Of a stretch of 64,000 bases of DNA, positions 24,298-38,720 are shown piece by piece. Source of the stretch: Octopus vulgaris (Eukaryota); assembly GCA_951406725.2 (NCBI GenBank), contig OX597817.1, positions 82,274,001 through 82,338,000 of the forward strand. The letters run 5' to 3'. The position numbers were made by a program, and so were the translations under genes. The notes under the pieces are model-generated. The model saw only the letters and a program-made list of their open reading frames with translations, was not told the origin of the DNA and made no database searches. Within the stretch, counting starts at the first letter, position 1, and every line of letters starts with the position of its first letter.

Positions 24298-24539
24298 ATG
24301 GAATGATTACTATGAAGCATTTTGTAGAATATATTGTATAAAGGATTGTGGGTAAGTCCAAAACAACGCGAAGTAAATGCAAGGTAAATCACAAGAAAAC
24401 AAATATGTGAATTAATATAGACCTTTATTCAGTATTACCCCATTTTCAAGAAATTGACAAATGTTGCCCATGTCCGCGTGCGTGAGTATGTGTGAAGTGG
24501 ACATGCACAGAAGGGTGTTGCTATAGCAACCAGCTAGCT

Positions 24540-24603
24540 TCCTGTAACTATCCTCAAAGCCTTGTGAGTGGATTTCGTAGACGGAAACTGAAAGAAGCCC
24601 GTC

Positions 24604-24654
<51 letters not shown>

Positions 24655-24870
24655 CATATGTATGCATGTGTGTGTTTGTGTGTCTGTGTTTGTTCCCTCA
24701 CCATCGCTTGACAACTGATGCCTACGTCCACGTAACCTAACAGTTCGACAAAAGAGACTGATAAAGTAAGTACTATGCTTAAATAATCCTGGTGTTGATT
24801 TGTTCGACTAAAGGCGGTGCTCCAGCATGGCCGCAATCAAATGACTAATTAAATAAAAGAATAAAAGAAT
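24540..24870 (+). mobile_element. SINE with internal (TA)n/(GT)n tract
   Basis: GCCTTGTGAGTGGATTT..AGACGGAAACTGAAAGAAGCCCGTCG-(TA)n-...GGCGGTGCTCCAGCATGGCCGCA; same family as 61350-61700. Confidence 0.8.
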
Positions 24871-24983
24871 ATATATACATATATATGTAGTAAATAAAAG
24901 AAAACGAAGAGCAAACACAAGAAAACAACAACGCGTGGACGTGGTACATGTAAGGTATTAGCAGACGCTCAGCTAAAGAAAGT

Positions 24984-25020
24984 GGTTTTAATTTTCGAGC
25001 AAAGCTCTTCTTCAGGAAGG
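24984..25020 (-). ncRNA. decayed PLE-type minimal hammerhead
   Basis: CUGAAGA-A-GAGC[UUU]GCUC-GAAA; stems I and III are degenerate. Confidence 0.45.
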
Positions 25021-25169
25021 AGATACAGGAACGTGCAATAGGAAAGGAAGACGAAGGAAAAAATCGCCAACGATTCACATATGCATACATACATACCTAT
25101 ACATGCACGTCTATATATACGTATATAGTTTCATTGATGAATATTAACTCTTAGAATCCTTAGTTCTCC

Positions 25170-25282
25170 TCGTCGTAGTCGTCTTCGTCCTCCTCCTCCT
25201 CGTCCTCCTCGTCCTCCTCGTCCTCCTCGTCCTACTACTACTACTACAATTACTACTACTACCACTACTACTTCTACTCACA

Positions 25283-25356
<74 letters not shown>

Positions 25357-25710
25357 CTATCATCATGATCATCGTCGTCTTCACCACCACCGTCACCATC
25401 ATCGTCATCACCAAACCCTCCATCATCGGTCATTATTATCATCATCACCGACATTATCACCATCATCGTTTTCATCGACACCACCACCACCACCACCACC
25501 ATGACCATGACCATCACCATCACTTCATCCTCATCATTGGTTGTTATCCTCCTCCTCCTCCTCCTCCTCCTCCTCCTCCTCATCATCATCATCATCATCA
25601 TCGTCGTCGTCGTCATCGTCGATATCACCATCATAATTGTCATCGCCACCAGGACAACGACGACTGGCCACCACTACTCCGACCGGCCACCACTACCACC
25701 ACAACCATCA
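25170..25710. repeat. compound trinucleotide (CTC/CAT/CAC/CTA) and TA/TATG low-complexity tract
   Basis: Direct reading; source of spurious poly-H/poly-P ORFs. Confidence 0.9.
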
Positions 25711-26365
25711 AATATTTTTTCAGTAAGTCTAGATTTCCTGCGAAAATCATATAAGGTTGTTGTTGAGAGTTTGAACTGAATTATTTTCCTGTTGTCAAAA
25801 TGGATGTCGCCAACAGAAATAACGTAGAACGATAATTACCATTTTAAGCAAGAAATAATTCTTTCCTGTTTGCAAGACATCTTAATAGATTTTATTGTAT
25901 TTTATTTTATTGCTTCTTTATCGTGTTATCTGTTTAACGAAATATATATCTTTATATATAATTGTGCTTTTTATTTTTTTTTCTGTGAACGAAGAATTAA
26001 TAGCCGCCAATAGAGACGAAATTCAATTTGGGGTCATATTAGGAACTATTTAAACATAATAACAGAATAAACTTTGTGTCTAGTTAGATTTATCAGCATA
26101 TGAGTAAACATATTGCATCACTCTACGATTTGAAGTGATATACAACAATGATTTGAAGCAAAATTAGACGGCAGCTCAGTGGCAAACAAAGCAATATGTA
26201 GTTTGATAATGTCACTTAGGTTTGAATGCCCGTGAAATGGCGGTTTCATGAAGGATGGTTAGCTGCGGTGTATAGTGTTTGATTGTACTGAACTTCCTTT
26301 ATCATCAAGTATTATTGAAAAATGAACATTTAAGCTTTAGACTCTCTCTCTCCTCATTTAGATAA

Positions 26366-26560
<195 letters not shown>

Positions 26561-26751
26561 GGGTGAGTGTAAGGACTATGTCTGAAACATAACTCTTACC
26601 CTTTCTATTCTTACTTAGGTATCAATCTAATATTAAACGTAAACGTTTCTGGTACTTTTGTTGTTTTTATATTTTATTTGCGTTTGATTCATATATGCAT
26701 GTGTGTGTGTGCGTGTGTGTATGTGTGCATGCATACATACATGTATATATA

Positions 26752-26970
26752 TTGGATTGTCTGGAAATCGTGCCGATTTATAGTAGCTTATCTTTCAACT
26801 TACCCTCCCAGGCACCTCAATTCCGGGAAGAGGGTGTTTTCAAGTTAAAGGAAAGATGGAGACGCATTGTGCAAGAAAATGGTTCATATTTGGTTGATTA
26901 AAAATGTAATGGCAAGTATTGACCTTTTTCTTTCCTTTAAAAATCGGCATGAACTTTCCGGACAACCCAA
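26752..26970 (+). mobile_element. internally deleted mariner (MITE-like, 219 bp)
   Basis: TA TSDs; TIRs TTGG(A/G)TTGTC(T/C)GGAAA..CGTGCCGATTT / AAATCGGCATGAACTTTCCGGACAACCCAA; retains the transposase C-terminus EGVFKLKERWRRIVQENGSYLVD*. Confidence 0.9.
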
Positions 26971-26981
26971 TACATATCTAT

Positions 26982-27047
<66 letters not shown>

Positions 27048-28859
27048 GCACACATTTTCATAGTATTTTCAAATTGCACTGATGTGTTCTGTTTTTCTCC
27101 TGAACGCGACAGTGTCAGACCTTGTGTTAATCAGTTATGATCCTTTACATTCTAACCCTTGTTTACTGTCCTGATCTACTTTTTCCCCATCTTTCCAACG
27201 ACGACAAATTAAGCACTTAGTCAATAAATTAATTGTAGTGTTTGACAAAATGAACTGGAAACAAGAAGGCAGCCAGTAGAATAAATATTCAAACTGTCCG
27301 TGAGTTTCAGTTAATTCTGCATTTTTCCCTTATTTGAGCCACAAAATAATTGGATGTTTGACGGTTTCGATGATGAGTATTCAGTTGTTCGATCAACTGA
27401 ATTACCTGTTAATTGCATTAATTTATATGTAGAGGAGTATTCCACAGCCGTACATTTGATCTTAAAGTAATTATCAGGAAGAATCTGTGTAACTTCGATC
27501 CATGTGACCTCACAATCAAAACGATAAGGGTGCATTCAAAATACCAATTTTCCTAAGAAATAATTCAAATGTTCAAGAAAATGTGTCTCACCTGGTTTGT
27601 AATGATAGTCACACTAAATGAAGCTGAGCGTGGGCATATCTACAGACAAATTCCACAAATATGAGGCATGTATGATGTCAAGGCCCACAGAAATGTGTTT
27701 TTATTAACAGCTAATTGTATTAAGGATATTTCTGTCATCATCGTGACATTAAAAATTGATTAGATTGACAATTACGGGTAAATTTCATCTTACGATATTC
27801 CAAACAATTTCCTTAAACCTTCTTTCACTCATAAGGTTTAGATTAAGTCAAAAGTATAGCAAAAACTCTAGCCGAAGTTGTAACGCACTGTCATTTAACT
27901 TAACTTGGAAACATGAAACTACGAAGCGAACTTCTTAACTATTCGGCCATGCAGCGTTTATATTTGATGCATACAACCTTTTCAGTAGGACATATATTGC
28001 TAATAAAGTTTATATGCAGTGATTTATTTCTAAAATATATGACCAAGAAGCGGTGCCAGTTGATTCTCTCATAAAATCGATAATTTACCAGAGCTTATCT
28101 CAGAAATAGAAGAGCTTAGAATGTCTTTCTTTCAATTATGCCCACAAGTTATGGAGCAAGATTGTATTCATAGTTTTCAGGATGTAAATAGATGTAAAAG
28201 TCGTTGGGCAGATTGATTTCTCAACTGGCAGTTCGTTCAGCTTCACAGAATAGAGTTTTGATAAATTAGTTAAAGTCCATGATCCAGCTTTGACTTTTGA
28301 TTTATAACTTTATTTCCCGGTTATAAAACTTGATTTAGTGCCCTTGGAATGTTAAAAATACTCTATCTTTTCTGGCGGCTATTTCCTCCCTTCAAAGCAT
28401 TCAAACTACCTTGGAACTGATTATTGTCTTAAACAAAGAAAATATATCGTTCTACATAGTTTACCTGATTTTAAAATGAATCCTTAACACGCACAAAAAA
28501 AAGCTTCAGGATACGTAATCAGCTCGTTTTAAGAAGCAAGTGTTTCATATATTTTATTACTGACCTCTTACAAATGTCTTGTAACGCATTATATGGAGTC
28601 ACACAACATAAGTTCAAAAACCTTTATCCAGTAAAAGAGGGAAAAATAAATATAAACATACTGGGAATCAATTTTCAGGAATAAATTGTACCAGATGCAT
28701 TTCAAGGAATATTTTACAATCAGTTTAGTAAAACTAATTTTATGGATAAAACCATTACAGATTTGATATGAAATAAACCTTTAATAAGCCTACCATATCA
28801 TATAAAATATGACGTGAAGGTATATTCAAGAAACTGTTAAGTATGTCTATATGTAAAAG

Positions 28860-29330
28860 GTTTATACCGCGGGTAAACTCCTCCAGGTCGTTGAGCAATC
28901 GAAAGTCATCAGCTCCAAATCATCTCTGTTGAAGAGACACCACCAAGATGGAGAATCAACTACCCAAGATCACGCTATATAGTGGAATCTCCCTTGGTCC
29001 TTGATAAAGGACCACCAAAGAAGAGGTACAAAGGCTCCCTAGAGAAATCCTTCGGCGTCTGATACATTGATCGCCGTCAGTGGTTGGTTCTTCCCGCTGT
29101 CTGTGAAGCCTTTGGGTAGTGTCCCCCTTTGAAATCACTAGTAATAGTCTTCTTGCAAACAAGACGAAAAAGAAGTAAAAAAATGACAACACGACAAGCG
29201 CTGACTAGTTCACCTTCTCATGCACTCTCCACAGCTGTACATGCCTATTTTGAATTGGACTCGTGGGGCATCAGCAAGCCTGTAACAGACAATCTTCGCT
29301 CACGAAGCTAAGCCAAGTGAAAGATACTGC
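28860..29330 (-). mobile_element. decayed LINE RT fragment (RTE-like)
   Basis: Broken QGDS and (F)ADD-like motifs followed by RLLNDLEEF. Confidence 0.4.
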
Positions 29331-30072
29331 AAATACTAATGAATCATTTTCAGAGACGACTACTCTATATTTTCTCTTTCATCGCTGTATATCTCGAGGT
29401 TCAGTTTATCCGAATGATTTGTCATTGCATAATTATTCGATCACACAACAAATTTTTAGTTCTATCCTACCCACAACCCTTTACAAATAGCTTGTCGATA
29501 AGGGACAAAAGAAAGTAATGCATTCAAATAGACTTTAAGTATTTCATGACAAAAGTTGGTTAAATTTGCCGAAAAAAGAGAAATTATTTTGAGTAATTTA
29601 TTATTAACTTACATCGAATTTCCGTATACAGCATGACAAATTATAAATGCCTCTTATAGCAACTTTAGTTTGCATTACACGAAAAGAGTAGGTTTAAACG
29701 CAATAATAAAGGAAAATCTTTTGGCATTTACGATGCAAGACTACACATATCAACTATAAACAGTTCTACTTGACTTCATATCGGAAAAATTGCTTATTAT
29801 ATTGCTCTGGCATATTTAACATAATTTCGCTTTCATGAGGCGATATCTTCTATTTTCAAGGCAAGCTGAAATAAATAATCATACGTATATTTTTTGAGAG
29901 AATTAACAATGATACTCATGCAACACATTCCGAATTCAATCTTACTGTGTTCCATACACATTCACTTGCGCGCACACATACGCACACACAAACATGTATG
30001 TATGTATGTATGTATGTATGTATGTATGTATGTATGTATGTATGTATGTATGTATGTATGTACGTATGTATA

Positions 30073-31704
30073 CAGTTGCGGCCAAAATGTTCAGAACGGC
30101 ATTGTTTTCGCCAGAAGAGTAGATATAAGTTTTTATCAAAGTTGTTTTATATTCTATAATTTTCACAGACAATAAATACAATATTAATTGTTATTGTCTG
30201 CGATTTTGGTGTAATTTGAGAGGATAATACAAAAGTTATGGATGATTTAGTGATTTACTGCAAAACCTATGGCGGCCAAAATTATCAGAACGGTTGCTTT
30301 TACTCCGTGTTTTAGTATATTTAACCGGCGAACTCTAATGTTTTGAATTTGTTTACGTGATGGTTCGTTTACTAAACATTAGTAAGAATATCTGCAGTGT
30401 ACTTTGTTAATATAATACCACTTACTCCGTTACCAATTCGTCAGCAGATTATTAAGCTTCGAAAGAAGGATAATTTAAGTATTGGGTCTATTGCTAATAT
30501 TGTTAACAAGTCAAAAAGTGTTGCTCACGGTATTCTTAAGGTCTTCGATAATTGTGGTTCGTGTGAAACAAGAAAGTCTACAGGTAGGCCAAGAAAAACG
30601 ACCAAGAGAGAAGATTGTGCTATGGTAAAGTTGGTTAAAAAGGACAGATTTAAAACTGCTGCTGCTGTTTCTTGGGAAATGAGCATTGTACTGAAGAAAA
30701 CGTTATCTCGAAAAACTGTGTCTCATCGTTTAGTTGAACATAACCTACAAGCAAGATCACCTGTAGTGAAGCCACTGATCAGCTCCAAAAATAAAAAAAA
30801 ACTGTCGTCTTACCTTTGCAACTGAACAGGTGTTGTGGTCTCAAGAAAAATGGCAAACGGTGCATTTCAGTGATGAATCTAAGTTTATGTTATTTGGCTC
30901 AGATGGGAAAAGGTACGTTCGTTGAAACGTAGGTGAAAAATTGTCGCCTGAATGCCTTAAGACTAGTGTTAAATTCGGTGGAGGAAGTGTCATGGTTTGG
31001 GGGATGATATCTGGAGATGGTGTGGGCTCTTTGGTGCGATTACACGGAAAGGTAAATACAGAAGTTTATAAACAACTTATAAAAGATCATGTCTTGCCTG
31101 TGCTGAGAAATTCAACTAAGCGACCACCCATATTCATGCAGGACATGCCCCATGTCACAAGGCTAAGGTGGTCATGAACTTACTCAACGCTGAAAAGGTT
31201 ATTATTATGGATTGGCCTGCTCAAAGCCCAGATCTCAATCCTATTGAAAATGTGTAGAATATTCTAGGAGAACGCTCGAAAGCCAGAAATCCTAAAACAA
31301 CCGAGCAATTATGGAATGCCTTTCAGGAAGAATGGAATAAGATCACCTAGCAAGAAATTGAAAATTTAACTTCCCCATGCAGTCAAAGATGTCAGAGTGT
31401 GATTGAAGCTAAAGGGCTTCACACTAAATATTAAATAATTCCAGTATTCTCTGTCATTTTTGATTATTTTGTTATTTTTTCAACCGTTCTGATCATTTTG
31501 GCCGCAATGGGTTTTGCAGTAGATCACTAAATCATTCATAATTTTTGTATTATCCTCTCAAATTACACCAAAATCTCAGACAATAACAAGTAATATCGTA
31601 TTTATTGTCTGTGAAAATTATAGAACACAAGACAACATTGATAAAATCTTATATCTACTTTTCTGGCGAAAACAATGCCGTTCTGAACATTTTGGCCGCA
31701 ACTG
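30073..31704 (+). mobile_element. full-length Tc1-family DNA transposon with ~225-bp IR/DR termini
   Basis: TA|CAGTTGCGGCCAAAATGTTCAGAACGG ... CCGTTCTGAACATTTTGGCCGCAACTG|TA; inner direct repeats at about 30273-30293 and 31484-31504. Confidence 0.95.
30415..31434 (+). pseudogene. Tc1 transposase pseudogene
   Basis: GRPRKTT, VHFSDESKF, VKFGGGSVMVWG, FMQD, WPAQSPDLNPIEN, GLHTKY*. Probable ATG>ATA at 30415; frameshifts near 30795 and 31145; in-frame stops. Confidence 0.92.
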
Positions 31705-31705
31705 T

Positions 31706-31757
<52 letters not shown>

Positions 31758-31880
31758 ATGTATATACATATATATGCGTGCGTCTGTGTGAGTGTTCTAC
31801 ATATATATGTGTGTGCCCATAAGTTTATATATAAAGTTATTTAAACTTTCTATTCCCCTTTTCAAATATATATATATATG

Positions 31881-33080
31881 CAGGGTGTGTAATGTATTGA
31901 GGGACATTCCTTTTCTGGGTCATTGCTGCATTTTCGTTTTGCTAACTCTGTATAATCTTTATTTCAGAAAATAATAATGGCTGACTCTCAGCTTACTCAA
32001 GAAAAGAAAAAAGCATGCTGTTATTGTGGTTATAAAGGCTGAGCATAACGATTTAGAAATATCTCGATTTCTAAAAGTTGCCAGCTCTTTCGTCTATAAA
32101 GTTTGTAAGGAGCTACAGACTGAAGATGGAAACGTATCACCAGTATCAAAGCGTAAATAGCATTCTAAATGATCTGAAATCATCAGAACACCTGAATTTA
32201 TCCCGCAAGTTCAACAGACCATTGATGATAATCCTAGAAAGTCCATGAGGTCAATTGCAAAAGATCTCCATGTGTCACAAGGAACAGTCAGAAATATTTT
32301 CCACAAAGACATCAGATATAAGTCTTATATGACAAGGAATGGTCGTCATATCTAAAAGGCCCTTAAACAAACTGAACAATCCAAACGAGAAACATTTCGA
32401 CCAAGATAAAAAAGTTAACAGAAGAAATGACAGATGGTTGTGTGCAAACCCTTCTGAAGTTCCAAGTGTAATGTATACAAAATTTCCTGCACCTGCCATA
32501 GTTTTAGGGGTTGTCAGCAATGAAGTGCATGTGATGCCTCCTTACTTCTTTCCACAAGGCATTAGAGTTAACTCTGACCCCTACATTGGGGTCCTGGAAA
32601 TAATTGTTAAGCCCTGGATAGACAGTGTATGCAATGTGTTTCAGGAAGACACGGCCTTATCACATATGGTTCTAGTAATACAGGAACGGATGGCTGAAAA
32701 TTTTCATGATCACATAACCCCTAACATTTGGCCTCCTAATTCCACAGATCTCAATACATTGGACAATTACATGCGGAGCTTTGTTGAGAGAGAGGTCAAT
32801 GAATATGCCCATAACACCAAAGATTCTTTGAAAGCTGCCATAGTCAGAGTAATGTCCAAAACGAACCAGGCGGACCTCTTGATTCGAGCATGTAGATGAT
32901 TTAAGTCTGATATATAAGCAGTTGTTGAAGTTGAAGGTGGCTTTATTGAATAACATTATAGAAAAGAAGGTTTATATTTATCCTCATAGCATTGTTTGAT
33001 CAATATAGTTATTATCTGTTATTATATATATGTTTTTTTTTATAAACATAAATCTATCCTCAAATATCTTACGTACCCTG
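31881..33080 (+). mobile_element. maT (DD37D) Tc1/mariner-superfamily transposon, decayed
   Basis: Imperfect TIRs CAGGGTGTGTAATGTATTGAGG / CCTCAAATATCTTACGTACCCTG enclosing a transposase. Confidence 0.88.
31977..32953 (+). pseudogene. DD37D transposase pseudogene
   Basis: MADSQLTQEKK..SMRSIAKDLHVS..NRRNDRW..FQED-(37 aa)-D in WPPNSTDLNTLD..GGFIE*; stops and deletions. Confidence 0.88.
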
Positions 33081-33150
33081 TGAAGGTTTTACAAATTGAT
33101 CAGCAAATATCTTACGTACCCTGTAAAGGTTTTACAAATTGATCAGCAAA
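33061..33150 (+). repeat. 43-bp tandem duplication spanning the right maT TIR and its flank
   Basis: CAAATATCTTACGTACCCTGT(G/A)AAGGTTTTACAAATTGATCAG x2. Confidence 0.95.
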
Positions 33151-35245
33151 AAAACGGCGGTGTTTGGATTTTCTTTATTTATGTTTATTGCCGTCACAAA
33201 GGCTGTGAAAATGTTATTAGTCCCATGGAAACCTGTAACCAACAATTACAATAACGAAAGGGAATTGAAATCATATCGAAGGCGTAGCGCAAATATTGTT
33301 GATGTCGATTTCATTCCGCCTTACACTTTAAATTATCATCGATAAATAAATGAACTACTTACACCGTTGATGATGTTGACCAATAATAAGAACTAATGAG
33401 GGTTGGACAATGAACAATTAAAACAAGCGGGTTCAGTTTTAAAAAGAATGACGTAACTGTTACGTCATTGTAATGAAATTGTGGTAACGTTGCATATTAG
33501 CTGATCAACTCTACTTAAGGACAGCCAACTATTGTCTATTGCAGCGTGAATTTTGACTAATAATATGGGACACGGCACTCGTAATTCTCTATTTTGTAGG
33601 GATGAGCTCTACCTATTCAATTGACTTTAGTAGTAATGCTGGTTATTGCTTAACTTTTTGTCAGTACAAAGCATTTTCATGCTTGTTTTCGAACTTTAAT
33701 TTAACCCTTGTTTCATACGTTGTGAGTAATACAAAGCTGTTTTATAATAAGTCTCAAGTTACTTCTGTTGTTGAAAAAAATTGGGCGTGTGTACCATACA
33801 TGATGCATAGACATCAGGGCAATATGTTCTGTGCATCACGTGATACACAGGATAAGTAAAGGGAGAAGAGCCCTAGAAAGGGAAAAAGGCTTGGTCGAGT
33901 TTTGCCTTCGATGAGTAGTTTTGAACCTTAGTTCATTCCACCATTTTATTTTGTTGTTAATGACCTCACCACACGAAGAAAAGCAGTGCCTAATACTTTT
34001 ACAGGTTCTTTGAGATTTGTGGAAGAAAGTGAGTAAATTTTCTTTTGGCTACAAATCTAACTCCAATATCTGCAATCAAGCATACTTCGCTTAGGGCCAA
34101 GTGCTTTTGCGAAACGTGGTTACTGATCAACTCTACCACCCAACTTCCAGAATATTCTTTTCCACTAAAAGTTTGCTCAAAGTTTTCTATCTACCAAACT
34201 TTACTCACAACACTTCCTTGAACTGGAAGCTATGGCGAATCTATGGCAGAGGACACCTGCTGAATATTGTGCGAAATGTCTCTACTGAGCGAGGGATTGC
34301 AAGTATTGCCTATTTGAGATTGAAACAAATTCTATATATGTGTGACTAAATGTTAAACTACGATGAATAAAAAAAAAATATGATAGAGCAATGCACGTTA
34401 ATCTATAATTGATAAAGAAACATTTAACTATGACCGACGAATACACGTGAAACTATGACTGATGAATAAACGTTAAACAAAGACTGTCAATGTCGACCGA
34501 AAAAATTCTATTGTGTTTGATTTTTGTAAATAGACCTCCAACAGTCTCAATGTGTTTCAGCTGTTTGATCAGCAGATTTACTGGCTCATTGAATTAGCTT
34601 CAAAGTAGCTGAGTAGGCCGTAATCTGAATCAGTATAAGATATGTAATAAGGTTAGATCTGTGAATTACGGGTACAGTCCAACTGACAAGCTTGTAAACA
34701 GTTTCCGTCTCCCGAAATTTACTTATAAAGCTCGAGCCTACTCGACGTTACTGTATATAGCATTTGTTCAAAATATCACGTATTGGGATTAAGTCCGAAA
34801 CTTTGTAAATCAGAAGCGAACGTCTTTACGGTTCTGTCAGCTAGGTCCATAAATTTTTCTACATTGGTAAACACCAACACTTTAAATACTGACTAAAAAA
34901 ATATTGCAGTTAACTGTTTTTCACGCAGAATCCATCCCTATGAAATATTTTCCGCTCTCATGATTTTATAATATAATCTATTGGGTATTATCAGCCGTTT
35001 ATAACGCTATTATAAACACTGTTCTACATTAATATCTGTTTGATTTCAAATTATATTCACGTTAAATATAACACAAGGTTTTATTGACACTTTGATGTTA
35101 CTATATTGTTTAAAAAACACTATTTTGTATCAACAGCAGAACCAATATGACACTATGATTGTCATCGTAAGTTACGGAAACAAAGGCGAACCTACTGCCT
35201 TGTTATATTAACATATATTTATTTTTTCTTGCCTTATCGATGATT

Positions 35246-35317
<72 letters not shown>

Positions 35318-36057
35318 AGCAACTGGCTAGGGTACAAGGTGTAGCGATCGTATAATTATAGCAAGGAAACTTCAGATAATTCTCGCCAATATAATAAATC
35401 TCCTAAGACAAGTTAACTTAGCTGTTTTATTACAAACCAGAACAACTGTACTCTGTGTCTTATCGTGTGCAATGATTTTATATTTACAAATAGGAAATTG
35501 CGTAACCATGCAGTTATCGGGAAAATTCTTGGAAAATAGAGATAAGGAAAACGCATAAATTTCTTGTTTCTTTTTATTGTAGAATCAATAAAGAGAAAGT
35601 CGATGCCCAAAGCTGTTTTGTTTTTCAGACCATGCTGTATTATCGTATATGATGAAAACAAAAATTGATGTAATTGTTATTAATGTTCTCTCTGAATTTT
35701 TTGTAAATCATTCTTTAAGGAAAGAGAGCATTAATAGAACAGATGTTACAAAGTTAATACGGTCCTGAGAGAGAAAAATCAAGTATCAGTGTTTGAGAAG
35801 GTGTTTATAGCTTAAACAAAAAATAGCATTGTAGTTGATGTAGAAGGGTAAGTAAGCGAGCGAAAGATATATATATATATATACATATTTTATCGATATT
35901 ATTTTTAAGAAATACATGCTTATAATGGAGTTCCGTAAACGTGCGTGCAAAAATATGTAGTAACTTCGGAATGAAGTATTCATGAATAGACTACGCTTTA
36001 TACACATTAGCAAATCGCAAAATCATCCATTAACTTTGATGACGAAAATATATATAG

Positions 36058-36104
36058 TAACAGAGATGTGGTAACGGAAATTACCGAAACTGACGTCAGT
36101 GTTA
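36058..36104 (+). ncRNA. hammerhead relic (5' core damaged)
   Basis: GGUAA[CGGAAA]UUACC-GAAAC-UGAC-GUC-AGUGUUA with an upstream UAACA; CUGANGA is not intact. Confidence 0.4.
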
Positions 36105-36260
36105 GTGTATATGTTTTCATTCATGTGCGTTAGAGCATTTTAGATATTATTTCTAGCAATGGAAGGGCTTTTCAACAGCCTAGTCACACTTAGTGACAAT
36201 TATAATTCTCCTCTTTCGCGGAACATTGCAACCTGGTGTTTATATTAATTTTGTATTGTG

Positions 36261-36301
<41 letters not shown>

Positions 36302-36466
36302 TAGTTATCGCCATACTAATATGGCATTCTTATAAAAATAAGAATAAAGCTGTCCGCTTATTAGCTCCATGAGGCCATCGCCTTAAGTTAGCTATTTGAT
36401 ACACAAACTGTATCCATATAACCTTCGAACAAGGGGGGTCAGTCGCTCCACACTACTTGACCGGCA

Positions 36467-36508
36467 GCTACAGACGCGTTTCGGGGTATTGCCCCTTTTC
36501 AATGCAGC
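36467..36508 (-). ncRNA. Type I hammerhead, U3-A8 core variant (mirror copy)
   Basis: Exact reverse complement of 36795-36836. Confidence 0.8.
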
Positions 36509-36794
36509 GTAGCCAGACCAGTAGGTGTCGCTTCTGACAATCTCTGTTCGAAGGTTTTATTTACCTAGCTTCGGTGGAATACATCCACTTGTTTTCAATA
36601 ATAGAAATATTAAAATTACTAAGTCTCTCTAAAAGAGAACAACGGCAGCGTTTCCGGAAAATAATAGTTATCGCCATACTAATATGGCATTCTTATAAAA
36701 ATAAGAATAAAGCTGTCCGCCTATTCCACCGAAGCTAGGTAAATAAAACCTTCGAACAGAGATTGTCAGAAGCGACACTTACTGGTCTGGCTAC

Positions 36795-36836
36795 GCTGCA
36801 TTGAAAAGGGGCAATACCCCGAAACGCGTCTGTAGC
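36795..36836 (+). ncRNA. Type I hammerhead, U3-A8 core variant
   Basis: GCUGCA/UGUAGC stem I; UUGAAAA 36801-36807; GGGG[CAAUA]CCCC; GAAA 36821-36824; palindromic ACGCGU; GUC triplet ending at 36830. Confidence 0.8.
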
Positions 36837-37061
36837 TGCCGGTCAAGTAGTGTGGAGCGACTGACCTCCTTGTTCGAAGGTTATATGGATACAGTTTGTG
36901 TATCAAATAGCTAACTTAAGGCGATGGCCTCATGGAGCTAATAAGCGGACAGCTTTATTCTTATTTTTATAATAATGCCATATTAGTATGGCGATAACTA
37001 TTATTTTCCGGAAACGCTGCCGTTGTTCTCTTTTAGAGAGACTTAGTAATTTTAATATTTC

Positions 37062-37413
<352 letters not shown>

Positions 37414-37427
37414 TGTATGTATATATA

Positions 37428-37480
<53 letters not shown>

Positions 37481-37497
37481 GTATATGTATATCTGCA

Positions 37498-37556
<59 letters not shown>

Positions 37557-37882
37557 ATGTACACACACGCGCCGGCTGTATTTACCTGTGTTATTTAGTT
37601 TCAATAATTTTTATATATAGTCTTATGCTCCAGAAATTGAATTATGCTATGTTAAACTGGTGTGAATAGGTATTCTCGCTATATTTACAATCTCTATGTT
37701 ATTATTATTGTTTTATATATGTGTATGCATATATGCATATGTATATTTATATAAATAAGTGTGTGTCGCATGCAAACACACAGGCTCACAAAAAAAGAAA
37801 CACATAAAAATACACAAAAATGCATTTTCTGCGTATGATCGCTCGTCTATAATTTTATTTTTGTCTCTCACTCTCTCTTTCC

Positions 37883-37883
<1 letters not shown>

Positions 37884-37972
<89 letters not shown>

Positions 37973-38145
37973 GTTTGTGTGCATATATATGTGTGTGTAT
38001 GTGTGTGTATGTGTGTGTGTACGTGCCTGTGACCTATGTGTATCTGTGTGTGTGTGCGTGTGCTTGTGCGTAATTCGTATGTTACATAGTGTATATTGTA
38101 ATATCTACCCTCCTCCTTAGAATTTTTTTGTATAATTTTCCTTTA

Positions 38146-38186
<41 letters not shown>

Positions 38187-38372
38187 GATAATAATAATAA
38201 TAATAATGATGATGAAGATGATGATGATGATGATGATGATAATAATAATAATGATAATAATAATAATAGTAATAATATATGTATGTATATCTATTTATCT
38301 ATCTATCTATCTATCTATCTATTTCTATATATATTGTACTTATATACCTATATACGTACATATGCATATATG

Positions 38373-38463
<91 letters not shown>
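37884..38463. repeat. cluster of (TCTA)n, (TAA/TGA)n and (CA)n microsatellites upstream of the promoter
   Basis: Direct reading. Confidence 0.9.
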
Positions 38464-38465
<2 letters not shown>

Positions 38466-38720
38466 ATCTGATAAAGTGGAACGTGCTTGACCTAAAAAAT
38501 TTCGTTGGTTGGAAAATGCTACCTTTACATCGCATGGCGTGATAAATAAAATTAATAATTATTCCAGTTAATCATAATTACTAAATCACTCACTTAATCA
38601 TTTTGTACCTCAATCCAATATACATAAATTGGTTTTATCACCTTTCGCATACTCATAGATATACACCACTTGAAAAAATATATTTGACCTTTGTATCTGT
38701 ACCATAGTTTATGATGGGTT

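Noticed and set aside
25293-25754. 153-aa His/Pro-rich ORF
   Set aside because: Built entirely from CAT/CAC/CCT repeats and starts inside a TATG tract.
27950-28300. Weak hAT dimerisation-like words (also near 34270-34320)
   Set aside because: No TIRs or TSDs and no continuous frame.
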